The notes under the pieces were generated by a model that saw nothing but the letters and a program-made list of their open reading frames with translations, ran no database searches and was not told where the DNA came from. Below, piece after piece: positions 31,109-40,954 of a DNA stretch of 64,000 nucleotides (positions are counted from its first letter, which is position 1; each line of letters starts with the position of its first letter). A program made the position numbers and the translations under genes. The stretch spans positions 1-64,000 of the forward strand of contig JARQWU010000005.1 of the NCBI GenBank assembly GCA_040182905.1, written 5' to 3'. Source of the stretch: Barthelona sp. PAP020 (taxonomy: Eukaryota).

Positions 31109-31497
31109 GAACCTTTTCCAGAACTTACTCAAATCAGGGACTGGGAATCTCAGTTGACTAATAATTAATAAACCTTAATCTTTATTCTTTTCAGAAGGTG
31201 CATCGTTCCAGAAAGGAACCTCGTTTTTGAGTCCTACTCTTTCATAGGCTATCATAGGAGAGCTGTGCCCTATGCAGGGGTGTGAACTACTGTGTTATTA
31301 ATTGCTCAAAAGAGCTTAAAGCACCGATATTTTTAACATTTATCCTAATTGTGCAAATTTTCGTGCATTCACCATGACAGGTCAAAAATTTGGGGTAGGT
31401 TAAGGAAAAGTTCCGTGCCTTGAGGGAAAAAGGAAGAATGGGAAAATTTCGATTCGCCAAAAATAATAGGCTTGCAAATAACCCTCTTTTTTTTTTT
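31109..31497 (+). ncRNA. Candidate structured non-coding RNA of unknown class (~305-nt closed domain plus ~65-nt 3' domain)
   Basis: G+C-enriched intergenic island. Long end-to-end helix (31109-31134 with 31388-31413), several internal helices, GAGGG/CCCTC helix before a T11 run. G-U pairs favour the + strand. Confidence 0.65.
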
Positions 31498-31573
31498 GAC
31501 AAGAAAAAAGAAAAAGCTTCAATCAATAAATTTATGAACTTAATCTCTAAGGTTAAAAAAAAAAAAAGAAACT

Positions 31574-34405
31574 TCAATTAACAATACTATCACGATAAAT
31601 GTTTGTACCAAGGTTTGGATGAGAAGCAATCAATAAATTTCTCAGTAAAATATCATGACTTTGATAAGAATATCTCTCATCATCCAAATTTCTAAGAACA
31701 AAACTTTCCCAAACTAGATTTTGATAAATTGAACATTTCATTTCGTGATTTAATCTGATTAAATATGTAGGATTTCTTTCTTTTGTTAAAATATTTAATT
31801 TAAAAGAACCAAATTCTTCATTGATCAAAATTATAGAAGCTTTATCCTCCTCCTTATTTTGAGATTGATCAATCAACTTTAATTTGCTTCTTATTGTGAA
31901 AGCATTCGTACCAAATGTCCAAACTTTATTTATATCTATTGGTCTTGTCAAAGGCTCATCCACAAACATGATTAATTGTTCATAAGTAATAAGGAAAGCG
32001 GTTTGTGCAGCAGTAACAAATATTTTAGCCCAATCATTCGATAAACCATTTCCCTTTAAACAAAATTCATATTCAGTTTCATTCATCAGTTTTCCCAAAA
32101 GATTTTCTTTTTCCAAAGAAATTCTATCAAAAAACTCATAAGCTATTAAACCACATATCAAACAACTAGCTTTGCTTAATTTAGGGGGGACATTGTCAAG
32201 AACATGATTTAAATCCTTAGGTTTTATTGATCTTGTAATTTTTCTACTCAAGGATTCCACTTCTTCTGGGTTTAATCTTGGTAACATCAATTTTGTTCTT
32301 AAATCACCCACAATGGAACAATCACATGCTGCCAATACAAAAATGCATATTGCTTCCAACCAATATTGATTAAAATATTGAAAGAATTCATCCATTTGTA
32401 CTGTTGGATCCGCATTATTCATACTAATACTATAACTTGTCAAATTCAAAAGATTTAAAGGTTTTTGAATCAAAGTTGATACATCAAAAGGTATATTATT
32501 CTCATAATTCTCTAAACTCATCATTAAACGATTAGATTCGAATGCATGACATGATGTAGTGTCCAATAATTCTAAACCAATAATAGTCATATCAATACCA
32601 TCCAGATAAGGATTAAATACTTCAATAATAGCATGTAAATGTCCTTTCTTTTGGATTAAAAAGAGAGTATCTTCTTGTTTTACAGTTAATAACCCATTAT
32701 TATACATGTTCATTATTGAAACATATAATTCTTTCTTAATGGTTTCATAAACAGGCAAACAATCAGTTCTATAATATAATCTTCTCTTGTTCCAAAAATA
32801 CTCAGGAATAGACAGAGTTAAAAAGGGTAAATTTAAGATACATAATATTTTCAAATCTAATATGGTTGCAATGATACAAAACAAAATTCCTTGAGGAATT
32901 AAAATTTTCGAATATTTCATAAAACTGTCTGATCTGCCGTTATACTTCAATAATACAAAATAATGGCTTATATGATCAACTAAAGTGTGTAAATTCATTA
33001 AAATATGAGAAATAAATAAAATAAGAATTTGTTTTTGAATGGTGTTATCATTCAAAAAATGATTACAAAGAATGATGATCGCTGAATAAAAAGGTTGAGC
33101 CCAACATGAAAAGCCCAATAATATAGCGATAAAAGGATTGAAACTTTTAGTAAGTGGATAAATAATTGAAAGAACAATTCCTAACATCAAACGCCAAATG
33201 AAAACAAAAGTTCTGGCATTCAATTGTTCTTGAATAATGTTGGAATCTCTTCTTTCTTCTTCAATAACATTTAATTGTTCTTTATTTTTACAAATTTTTG
33301 ACTTTGAAACAAAATACATGAAGATTTGACCAATAATCAAACAAAAAATTGAAATAAAATCACCATTATCAAAAATAAGGGAAATATTTGAGCTTATTGC
33401 AAACATTAGACCAGTAATAAAGAGTACAATTATCAATAGAAAAATAAAAGTAATACTGTTGATCTTTGCTGAAAAAAGAAAAGATAAAGCCATTAAAGAA
33501 CGTAATAAACCATCAGATAATGTAATTATTTTGAAATAATCAATAAATATCAAAAAAATTAACACAACTAAATAACATGTCTTTAAACATAAATTTCTTC
33601 CAGTAAAAATCTTGAAAAAAACATTTATCAACCAATAACTCATGTCTAAAGGATATGAAAAAACTCGTAAATGTAAAAACATGAAAAAAACAAAAAAACA
33701 AAGCCAAGAACTTGTAATAAAATAAATAATACATCCAATAACGTATAAATAAGCTCTTGAATAATATGGAATTTGATCAATATTTGGTTTTTCAAATGGT
33801 TCAGGTACTATATAACCATGTGTTTGTGTAAGTGCAAAAGGCAAAGAAAGACTCATAAAAATCGACGTTAAAATATCTCTTTGAGTATAATATATGCAAC
33901 AAGTGAAAGATAAACATATAAATTGACAAACTTTCAAAAGAACATTTTCTTTCATTGAAATTCTTAAATATGTGGACCTTTCTTTTTTTGTTTTTTGCTG
34001 TGGCTCCACTACGAAACTATTTTTAAGGTTAAAATATGAAAAACTGAAAGTCGCAAAGGTATAAAGAAAAGAAAAAACAAAACCAACAAAATAATTTCCA
34101 AAATGACAAATAAAAGGAATACAAAAAGGAATAATAAAATAAAACACAATGATATACCATGTATTGGGTATAGAAATATTTTCTAATTCTTTTGAATCAT
34201 CTAAGAACATTGGAAAACCCAATATATAACTTAACCCACGGTATTTCGCATTAGGAACAAAACTATTACTTATTAAAGGTGCAACATTTTGTGAATCTCC
34301 TTGGTCATGTATTCTGTTGGCAAAGATATCTGATGTCGAATCAGATGGATCATCATCGCTGAAATAATCCGCAGGCATGGCTTCGAATGGCTCAACAATG
34401 TCCAT
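31574..34405 (-). CDS. Pecanex-like multi-pass membrane protein
   Basis: Many TM helices; IGLEL..TTSCH..E and C-terminal DDERYSYQSH..LLRNL motifs of the pecanex C-terminal domain. Confidence 0.8.
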   Translation of the reverse strand: MDIVEPFEAMPADYFSDDDPSDSTSDIFANRIHDQGDSQNVAPLISNSFVPNAKYRGLSYILGFPMFLDDSKELENISIPNTWYIIVFYFIIPFCIPFICHFGNYFVGFVFSFLYTFATFSFSYFNLKNSFVVEPQQKTKKERSTYLRISMKENVLLKVCQFICLSFTCCIYYTQRDILTSIFMSLSLPFALTQTHGYIVPEPFEKPNIDQIPYYSRAYLYVIGCIIYFITSSWLCFFVFFMFLHLRVFSYPLDMSYWLINVFFKIFTGRNLCLKTCYLVVLIFLIFIDYFKIITLSDGLLRSLMALSFLFSAKINSITFIFLLIIVLFITGLMFAISSNISLIFDNGDFISIFCLIIGQIFMYFVSKSKICKNKEQLNVIEEERRDSNIIQEQLNARTFVFIWRLMLGIVLSIIYPLTKSFNPFIAILLGFSCWAQPFYSAIIILCNHFLNDNTIQKQILILFISHILMNLHTLVDHISHYFVLLKYNGRSDSFMKYSKILIPQGILFCIIATILDLKILCILNLPFLTLSIPEYFWNKRRLYYRTDCLPVYETIKKELYVSIMNMYNNGLLTVKQEDTLFLIQKKGHLHAIIEVFNPYLDGIDMTIIGLELLDTTSCHAFESNRLMMSLENYENNIPFDVSTLIQKPLNLLNLTSYSISMNNADPTVQMDEFFQYFNQYWLEAICIFVLAACDCSIVGDLRTKLMLPRLNPEEVESLSRKITRSIKPKDLNHVLDNVPPKLSKASCLICGLIAYEFFDRISLEKENLLGKLMNETEYEFCLKGNGLSNDWAKIFVTAAQTAFLITYEQLIMFVDEPLTRPIDINKVWTFGTNAFTIRSKLKLIDQSQNKEEDKASIILINEEFGSFKLNILTKERNPTYLIRLNHEMKCSIYQNLVWESFVLRNLDDERYSYQSHDILLRNLLIASHPNLGTNIYRDSIVN

Positions 34406-34603
34406 TATTGATCAAAAAAGAATAATCCATTTTTATTTTCAAATTTTCTTCAACCTTAGGTTGGCTGCTTTATTGTCATTTTCCTTGTAATAATTATTTC
34501 AAGGCTGAACAACAAACAATACAACAAAATAATTTACGATACACATAAAAAAAATTAAAAAAACTAAAAAATCAATCTGCAGAAAGAGAAATAAAAAAAT
34601 TGC

Positions 34604-35731
34604 TTATTCCCAATCTAAAATTTCAAACATATAAGCAGATTCAAGAGGACCATCATCTACCAAATCAGTAACATGAACACCATTCTTTACAACAGTTTCA
34701 CCAAACAAGGCTCTCAAAGATTGAGGTTCCAAAGTTTTTGCAATGGAAGGATCATGAGGACCGGCCAATTTTCTGACACGATTAACGAGAGGCTCAGATG
34801 AAACCTCATCAGAATAGATTTCCACTGCAATACTCATACTACTGACCATATGATTCAGTAAATCTTCATAATAGGGCACAACACCACGATACACTTCAAA
34901 GAATTCTTGGGCTGTCGCAATTTCAAATTGTAAAGACCTTATAGCAGAAATTTGAAAGCCACTGCTTAAAATAGCATTGAAAATTTTGCCAGTATTTCTT
35001 TCAAGAATAGCATGAGGCTTAATAACCAAACACGAACAATTTTCACATATGGCATTAAAAGGAATGTCACTTTTTAAGAAAGAGATTTCACGAGCAGCAT
35101 CTTGAAGATTAGCAGCACCATGAACCACATTATTGGTTATATTTCTACCATACTTTGCTCTAATCGTTTGAGGTGCAGTTCTTCTTGCTTCATCAGGATT
35201 TGTTGGTCCAATGATACGCCTCCAAAGGGCAACAGCATCTTCACCAACCAATTCCATACCAACAGCAGTGCCTTCAGTCATCATGTTAACCAAGGTAGGG
35301 AAGAATGATTTACCAACATGTTCAGCATAAAAATGATTGCATAATTCTGGTGTGAAATCAATTGTACGAATATTTACGATTTTTAACCCTGAATCAACAA
35401 TAGTCTGTATAATTTCTCCCAGATATTGATATCCATGAGGTTTGATCATTGCATATGTTGATTCTAATACTTTAGATAATTGTTTTGAAGTGAAGGCATC
35501 AGCATAACTTTCAAGTTTTAATTGGCGAGAAAAAATACACACACTATTTCCAATAACAAACTGTTCAAGTGATAATTCTGGACATTTTGTACGACGTAAA
35601 AACAGTCTGCGGTTTTTTACATCCCAAATTTCAACAGAACTATCAGAAACAAAAAAGCTCACAACATAAGGACGAATTAATTCAGCTTGATCATCAAAAT
35701 AAGAAGCGTTAAATGAGTATTTCGAATCCAT
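34604..35731 (-). CDS. NME7: Nucleoside diphosphate kinase 7 (DM10 + two NDK domains)
   Basis: N-terminal DM10 domain (VEIWDVKNRRLFLRRT); NDK motifs TYAMIKP, FYAEHVGK and NVVHG; second NDK domain with NGVHVTDL. Confidence 0.95.
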   Translation of the reverse strand: MDSKYSFNASYFDDQAELIRPYVVSFFVSDSSVEIWDVKNRRLFLRRTKCPELSLEQFVIGNSVCIFSRQLKLESYADAFTSKQLSKVLESTYAMIKPHGYQYLGEIIQTIVDSGLKIVNIRTIDFTPELCNHFYAEHVGKSFFPTLVNMMTEGTAVGMELVGEDAVALWRRIIGPTNPDEARRTAPQTIRAKYGRNITNNVVHGAANLQDAAREISFLKSDIPFNAICENCSCLVIKPHAILERNTGKIFNAILSSGFQISAIRSLQFEIATAQEFFEVYRGVVPYYEDLLNHMVSSMSIAVEIYSDEVSSEPLVNRVRKLAGPHDPSIAKTLEPQSLRALFGETVVKNGVHVTDLVDDGPLESAYMFEILDWE

Positions 35732-35838
35732 TACACTTGCAAAGTGAAGAAAAAATAAAATTGAAGGTTTTAAAATTTGATTTTTCTTTGTTTGATAAAA
35801 ACAAAAACAAAACTATTTACCCACTATATTTAATACTT

Positions 35839-38319
35839 TCACCTTTTTGGAGTTTTAACAAAAGTGTTAACAATTCCACCTAAAAATCTTTTTTTGCCTA
35901 CTCCCAATTGATCACAAACGTCTTGAGAATAATCTAATACCTGACAAATCAAAGATAATGTTTTTTTCCTTTGAGAAGAATCTTGAACATATTTATAAAA
36001 TAAGTCACCCATGAAAGCCTTATCAATGAAACTAATTCGTAAGAGTGGAGGATTTAGAGTCAAAAGTTCGCCTAAATTTTCTTTTATAAAGTCGATGGCC
36101 TCTCTTTGATCTTCTATTTCTTTTTGTTCCAGCATAATTTTGTGTAAAGTTTCCAAAAGGGTAACAAAAGATTGTGGCAACATATCACCACCGGTCATAT
36201 CAATACCAGTTGAAGAAATTGACAATCTATACAATTCTTGATATCTTTTCAAAATTTCCTTCAAAAACTTGATGACTAGAGATGATACAACTGGTTTAAG
36301 GGTCTGATTTTGCGTCAATTGATTAATTTTTTCCAATTCTTCATTAATATCAACATTATTCTGTTTCACTTCAACTAATTCTTTTTGCAAACTTTCAATT
36401 CGAGTTCTATAATCACTAATCAAGCGAACATTATTTGAAACTTCAAAAGTCTTTTGTTCCAATGCTCTTTCTTTGAAGCGCAATTGTTGATCTTTACTTG
36501 TCAATGAATCGGATAATTCTTCAATGGTCTTGTTGAGAGAATCAATGGTTTTACTTTTAGCTCTGGATTCCTCAGAAATGATGGAAATCTTTGATTCAGC
36601 AAGTGACTTTTTTTGATTTAATTTGCATATTTCATCTTCAAATTGTTTTATTGTTTCTGCAAACTGCAATTTATTTTGTTCACTTAATTTCTTTAACTCT
36701 TCCATCAAAGCAATCTTTTCTTCTTCTGTTTCTTTATGATTGGCCTTTAAATCTTTGAGTTGACTGGATAAATCACGTTCATTTGCTAATTTCTCATTTA
36801 ATTTTTTAATTTGATTGTCACTTTGCTTGATTTTTTTTTGTAACGTTGATATTTCTTCTTGAAGTGCAGGAACACCAAAAATTATTTTTTCATTTTCAAC
36901 AATTTCATGCTGAAGTTCATCTATTTGTTTGAGCATTTGTGAACGAGATTCAGACATTTGTTGTATTTGTTTGCGATAAGCTTGTTGATCCAATTCAAGC
37001 TCATTAATAGTTTTTGTCTTTTCTTCCAAAAGACTATGAAAAGTCTGTAAAGATGTTTCCTTTGCAGCTAATTCTTCATTGTATTGAGTTTTGACTTCAA
37101 TTTGTTGTTTTCTAATTGAATCAAGATCCTCATTTAATTTGAATATTTCTTCTTTCATACTTGTATTTTGTTTTGTTAAATCCTCCAATATTTCTTTTAA
37201 TTTCTTCTCATTTTCGTTTGTTTCGTCCAATTTGCTTTGCAAATTATTAATATGTTCTTTGGTTTCACCAAAATTACTGTCATATTCTTTGTTTAATCTT
37301 GAAATTTCCTTTTCCAAATTATCAATCACTTTGTTCTGTTCATCGGATGAATTTTCATGTTCTTTCTTCAATTGTTCAAGTTCTTCAGTTAATTCCTCAC
37401 ATTTTTTACATATACTTTCAGAAACATTGTCCTCACTTGAATTTATGCAAAGTGTTCCACTAATAGGCCTATCTTTTACAGTTTCCAATGATATTTGCAA
37501 TTTATTCAACTCAGTTGTTAACTCTTCAATTTCAACATTGGTTTCATCTAATTCTTGTTGTATCAACACTTTTTCATTCAAGGTTGTGTCAAGCAATTCA
37601 GAAAGCCTGTCTATTTCATTGTTCGAATTTCGAATCTCAGTTTGCAATTGATTATTATCATCTGCTCCTTTCATATCTTGAATAATTTGTTTTAGTTGAC
37701 GGTTTTCTTCCAAAACATTGTCTAATTCTGCTTTTAAGAAAAATAGCTCATCAGTGCTATTATCACTTGTCTTTTTCTCTTGATTTAACGTTTTGATTTG
37801 ATTTCGTAAGTCAGATAATTCATTTCTTAACGAATCACAAGAATCAGTCAAATTAAAAATTTTTGTCTTTTGATTCTCATTTTCCTTTTCTAATCCAACG
37901 ATTGTTTGCTTCAATTCGTCTTCTGTAACGCTGTTAATATGTGTATTCGACAACTCACTTGATTCTTTTTCTTTCACTCTTTTAGCACGTAACTCCAGAG
38001 TATTGATCATAGCTTTCAATTGATTTATTTCATATTCTTTATCATTTATGTCATTTTCGTATCCACGTAAAGTTCTTTCATAATGTGAAGACTCAGTTTG
38101 TTGTTGTTCACGCATAACGTGGTTTTCAATTTTTAACTGCTTTAATTGTTCTTCCAAGTCATTTATGGTCTCAATCAAAGATGAATCTCTACTGGTAACT
38201 GGTGTTCCAATTTCTTGCTTTTGAATCCGTGGTGTTTTAATTCCAAATTCTCTTTCTTCATCATCTTTTGCAATCTCATCAACAAAAGCACCAACAGTTT
38301 TCTTTAAACCTTTCCACAT
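35839..38319 (-). CDS. Golgin-like long coiled-coil protein with C-terminal GRAB-like domain
   Basis: Long heptad region. IDKAFMGDLFYKY......KKTLSLICQVLDYS......LG resembles the GMAP210/Rud3 GRAB domain. Probable start MWKGLKK at 38319 (upstream ATG at 38364). Confidence 0.7.
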   Translation of the reverse strand: MWKGLKKTVGAFVDEIAKDDEEREFGIKTPRIQKQEIGTPVTSRDSSLIETINDLEEQLKQLKIENHVMREQQQTESSHYERTLRGYENDINDKEYEINQLKAMINTLELRAKRVKEKESSELSNTHINSVTEDELKQTIVGLEKENENQKTKIFNLTDSCDSLRNELSDLRNQIKTLNQEKKTSDNSTDELFFLKAELDNVLEENRQLKQIIQDMKGADDNNQLQTEIRNSNNEIDRLSELLDTTLNEKVLIQQELDETNVEIEELTTELNKLQISLETVKDRPISGTLCINSSEDNVSESICKKCEELTEELEQLKKEHENSSDEQNKVIDNLEKEISRLNKEYDSNFGETKEHINNLQSKLDETNENEKKLKEILEDLTKQNTSMKEEIFKLNEDLDSIRKQQIEVKTQYNEELAAKETSLQTFHSLLEEKTKTINELELDQQAYRKQIQQMSESRSQMLKQIDELQHEIVENEKIIFGVPALQEEISTLQKKIKQSDNQIKKLNEKLANERDLSSQLKDLKANHKETEEEKIALMEELKKLSEQNKLQFAETIKQFEDEICKLNQKKSLAESKISIISEESRAKSKTIDSLNKTIEELSDSLTSKDQQLRFKERALEQKTFEVSNNVRLISDYRTRIESLQKELVEVKQNNVDINEELEKINQLTQNQTLKPVVSSLVIKFLKEILKRYQELYRLSISSTGIDMTGGDMLPQSFVTLLETLHKIMLEQKEIEDQREAIDFIKENLGELLTLNPPLLRISFIDKAFMGDLFYKYVQDSSQRKKTLSLICQVLDYSQDVCDQLGVGKKRFLGGIVNTFVKTPKR

Positions 38320-38413
38320 TCGTAAATTGACATAAAAAAAAAAAAAATCGGGATAATTGAACACATTTATGATAAAAAAAACACGAAAAACGCAATAAAA
38401 TCTACTAAATCAC

Positions 38414-39760
38414 TTAAAAATCATCATCCATTGTGAATATTTCTTTACCATTAGGTGTAAGAGCGAAAGTATGTTCATATTGTGCAACATGTGCCGTGGG
38501 ATCTTGATCAACCAAAGGAGGATAATAATTGACAACTTCGTTTTTCTTTAATCTCAACATATCTCCAAAATACCCTTTTTGACCATTTTGAACCAACCAT
38601 CTGTTGCACCAAGCTAAAGTATCAAAATTATCAAATAAATGATTGAAAAAAGTTCTTGAATTACTGGGAACTCTGCTAAAAGCAGTTTTATCAGCAATCA
38701 TAAAATGAGATGTGTTTGGTGCTTCTTCAACCCAACCTGTACCTGTTGAAGCGAATGTTTCTAAAGCGAAAATATCTCCTTCTTCCATTTTAGCTTTACT
38801 GGAATTGGCTTTTAATGGAATACTCTTTCCACAATGAACTTTATATTGCCCCACACTATGTCCACTCAAATTGTATATAGGTTTGACTGCTCTAACTTTA
38901 CCATCAATCTCAACTTCATAAGATTCAATAATTTCTTGAATTATTTTTCCCAATTCACCCAAACGAACATCAATACCGGCTTCTTTAACCGCGGTAAGAG
39001 TTGCTTCTCTTGATGCTTGGAGTAATGGTGCAAATTGTGCATCCCATGCCACAGTGAATGCTGAATCAATAACCCAACCGTTAACATGAAGACCAAAATC
39101 AACACTAACAACGTCTTTTTGCTGAAAAACATATTTATCACCGGGATTGGGCTGCCAATGGGCAGCTACTTCATTAATTGAAATACCACAAGGGAAAGAT
39201 AAACCTGCAGCTTTAGGATTAGCCTTATCATAACCGATTAAACGTCTATTACATGCATCAATAAGATCGACAACTTTAGAAGCTTCCATTCCAGGTTTTA
39301 CTATCTTTTGAGCAAATCTTCGTGTTTCACGATGAACAACACCACCTTTTCTGAATGCATTTAATGTTTCAGGAGACATTCTTTTTAAAAATTCAATTTC
39401 CTCAGCTGCAGTACGACGAGTGGAAGTTGAACCTGCATATTCTTCGAAAATCCCATGTGGAACCTCAGAATATTGATTATCAAATGGAGTTGTTGGTCCC
39501 ATGGGATACTCAGTCAAATTATATTCATTCATGATTGGGGTCGAAAAAACATCACTAAATTCAGTAGGTTGCATCGAAGAGGCTCCCATATATGAAATAG
39601 GAGCTGCATTTAATAACTCTATTTCTTCGTTGGTTAAGGGAACTGCCTCACAAGTGTCAACAACTTTGGTGACAGTTTTTGGTTGTTGAGAAGGTCCTTT
39701 TGGTTTATTACCTCCTTTGTTACTCTTAGCTTTTGTTTTTTTAGCTTTTTGGTTTGCCAT
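38414..39760 (-). CDS. METAP2: Methionine aminopeptidase 2
   Basis: FPCGISINEVAAH, DFGLHVNG..IDSAFT, NLSGHS, ALETFASTG and AQYEHT motifs. Confidence 0.97.
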   Translation of the reverse strand: MANQKAKKTKAKSNKGGNKPKGPSQQPKTVTKVVDTCEAVPLTNEEIELLNAAPISYMGASSMQPTEFSDVFSTPIMNEYNLTEYPMGPTTPFDNQYSEVPHGIFEEYAGSTSTRRTAAEEIEFLKRMSPETLNAFRKGGVVHRETRRFAQKIVKPGMEASKVVDLIDACNRRLIGYDKANPKAAGLSFPCGISINEVAAHWQPNPGDKYVFQQKDVVSVDFGLHVNGWVIDSAFTVAWDAQFAPLLQASREATLTAVKEAGIDVRLGELGKIIQEIIESYEVEIDGKVRAVKPIYNLSGHSVGQYKVHCGKSIPLKANSSKAKMEEGDIFALETFASTGTGWVEEAPNTSHFMIADKTAFSRVPSNSRTFFNHLFDNFDTLAWCNRWLVQNGQKGYFGDMLRLKKNEVVNYYPPLVDQDPTAHVAQYEHTFALTPNGKEIFTMDDDF

Positions 39761-39819
39761 TATAAAAAAACAAGAAATAAAAAAAAAATTTATTCATGAT
39801 TGATTTGTGAAAAAAACAT

Positions 39820-40848
39820 TCAGTTCAAAGCAAATAGTTCTTTTCGATTGAAAATGGAATTAGGGTCATTTTGCAAAGACAATAATCCAAATAAAATGTC
39901 AGCAATTTTTACTTCAGGTATTGAATAGCCAAAATTCTTCCAATCATCCATATTTATTTTATTTTCATACATAAGACTAACTTTTACAATACTATTATCA
40001 TTGTCATCAACAACATGATGTCTATAACTCTTTGGATTCTGAGGCAATAGAAACTCCACGCCATATAACACATCATCCGAAGTAAATGCTGCCATCGAAA
40101 AAAAACTGCCTTCAATAGTATTGCGCACATTAATTTGTAAGGAGGGAATGTTGAATCTGGGTAAAGAACAACAAATAATAACACCACTCGCATTAAATAT
40201 AAAATCTGGAATAATTAACTTTGATTCATGTGCTTGATTTGTTAAATCAGCAAAAATATTGTTAAGATTTGGACTTTCAGTCGGAATTTCCAAAATCTCC
40301 TCTTCTTGACGTTTTTTCTCTTCTCTTTGTTGTTTTTCTTTCGCTAACCGTTTCATTCTGTATTTAGCAATTCTTTCTTGTCTCAGCCTTTCTTCTTCTT
40401 CCTCTTTGCGATTTTTTTCATATAAATTATCAAACATGACTTTTTTATCAACAATCGGGTCATATTGCTGCAATGGTGCATCTTTTTCTTTCTTTTTTTG
40501 AAGCTGTTCAAATTTTTCAATTAGTTTATCATCACCAGGCTGAGGATTTACCAACGGTAAAACTAGTTCCAGAACTCTTTGTGATTTTGTATAGTTAGCT
40601 TCAGAAAGATCTTCATTAATGTGATATTTTAAAGGAATTTGCAAATCAATTTTGTCTTCAACTGCAAAAATAACCTTTTTTTCTTCAACATCAAGACCAT
40701 CTTGAAGTTCAAGGTCAGTAATATTATCGGGAATACATATTTTCACAATTAATTTTTCGGGTCTTTGAATATTCAATCCTGGTTGTTCCAATAAATAATT
40801 ACTCAATTGAAAAGTTCCGCTTTCAATAATAGAAAAAGGTTTAGCCAT
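39820..40848 (-). CDS. PIH1/kintoun (DNAAF2)-like protein, CS-domain part
   Basis: RPEKLIVKICIP...LQIPLKY.INED.SEANYTKSQRVLELVLPL is a PIH1-type CS domain, followed by a charged coiled coil. C-terminal N..ELF.L. Confidence 0.6.
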   Translation of the reverse strand: MAKPFSIIESGTFQLSNYLLEQPGLNIQRPEKLIVKICIPDNITDLELQDGLDVEEKKVIFAVEDKIDLQIPLKYHINEDLSEANYTKSQRVLELVLPLVNPQPGDDKLIEKFEQLQKKKEKDAPLQQYDPIVDKKVMFDNLYEKNRKEEEEERLRQERIAKYRMKRLAKEKQQREEKKRQEEEILEIPTESPNLNNIFADLTNQAHESKLIIPDFIFNASGVIICCSLPRFNIPSLQINVRNTIEGSFFSMAAFTSDDVLYGVEFLLPQNPKSYRHHVVDDNDNSIVKVSLMYENKINMDDWKNFGYSIPEVKIADILFGLLSLQNDPNSIFNRKELFALN

Positions 40849-40954
40849 AAGTTTGAATCAAAAAATGATGATAAGAAAATTGCCTTTGGAATTCAGAAAT
40901 TCAATGTTGAAAGAACATTTTTTCCCCAAAAAAAAGAAACAAAAACAAAGCTTT

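Noticed and set aside
31110..31130. U5-loop-like ACCTTTTCCAGAAC and U1-like ACTTAC
   Set aside because: The U5 loop consensus GCCUUUUAC is not matched and no flanking stem forms. No U1-70K loop follows. Both segments pair better in the long terminal helix.
31287..31577. 96-aa minus-strand ORF
   Set aside because: Non-ATG start overlapping the pecanex stop, built from homopolymer runs, and antisense to the structured element; not protein-like.
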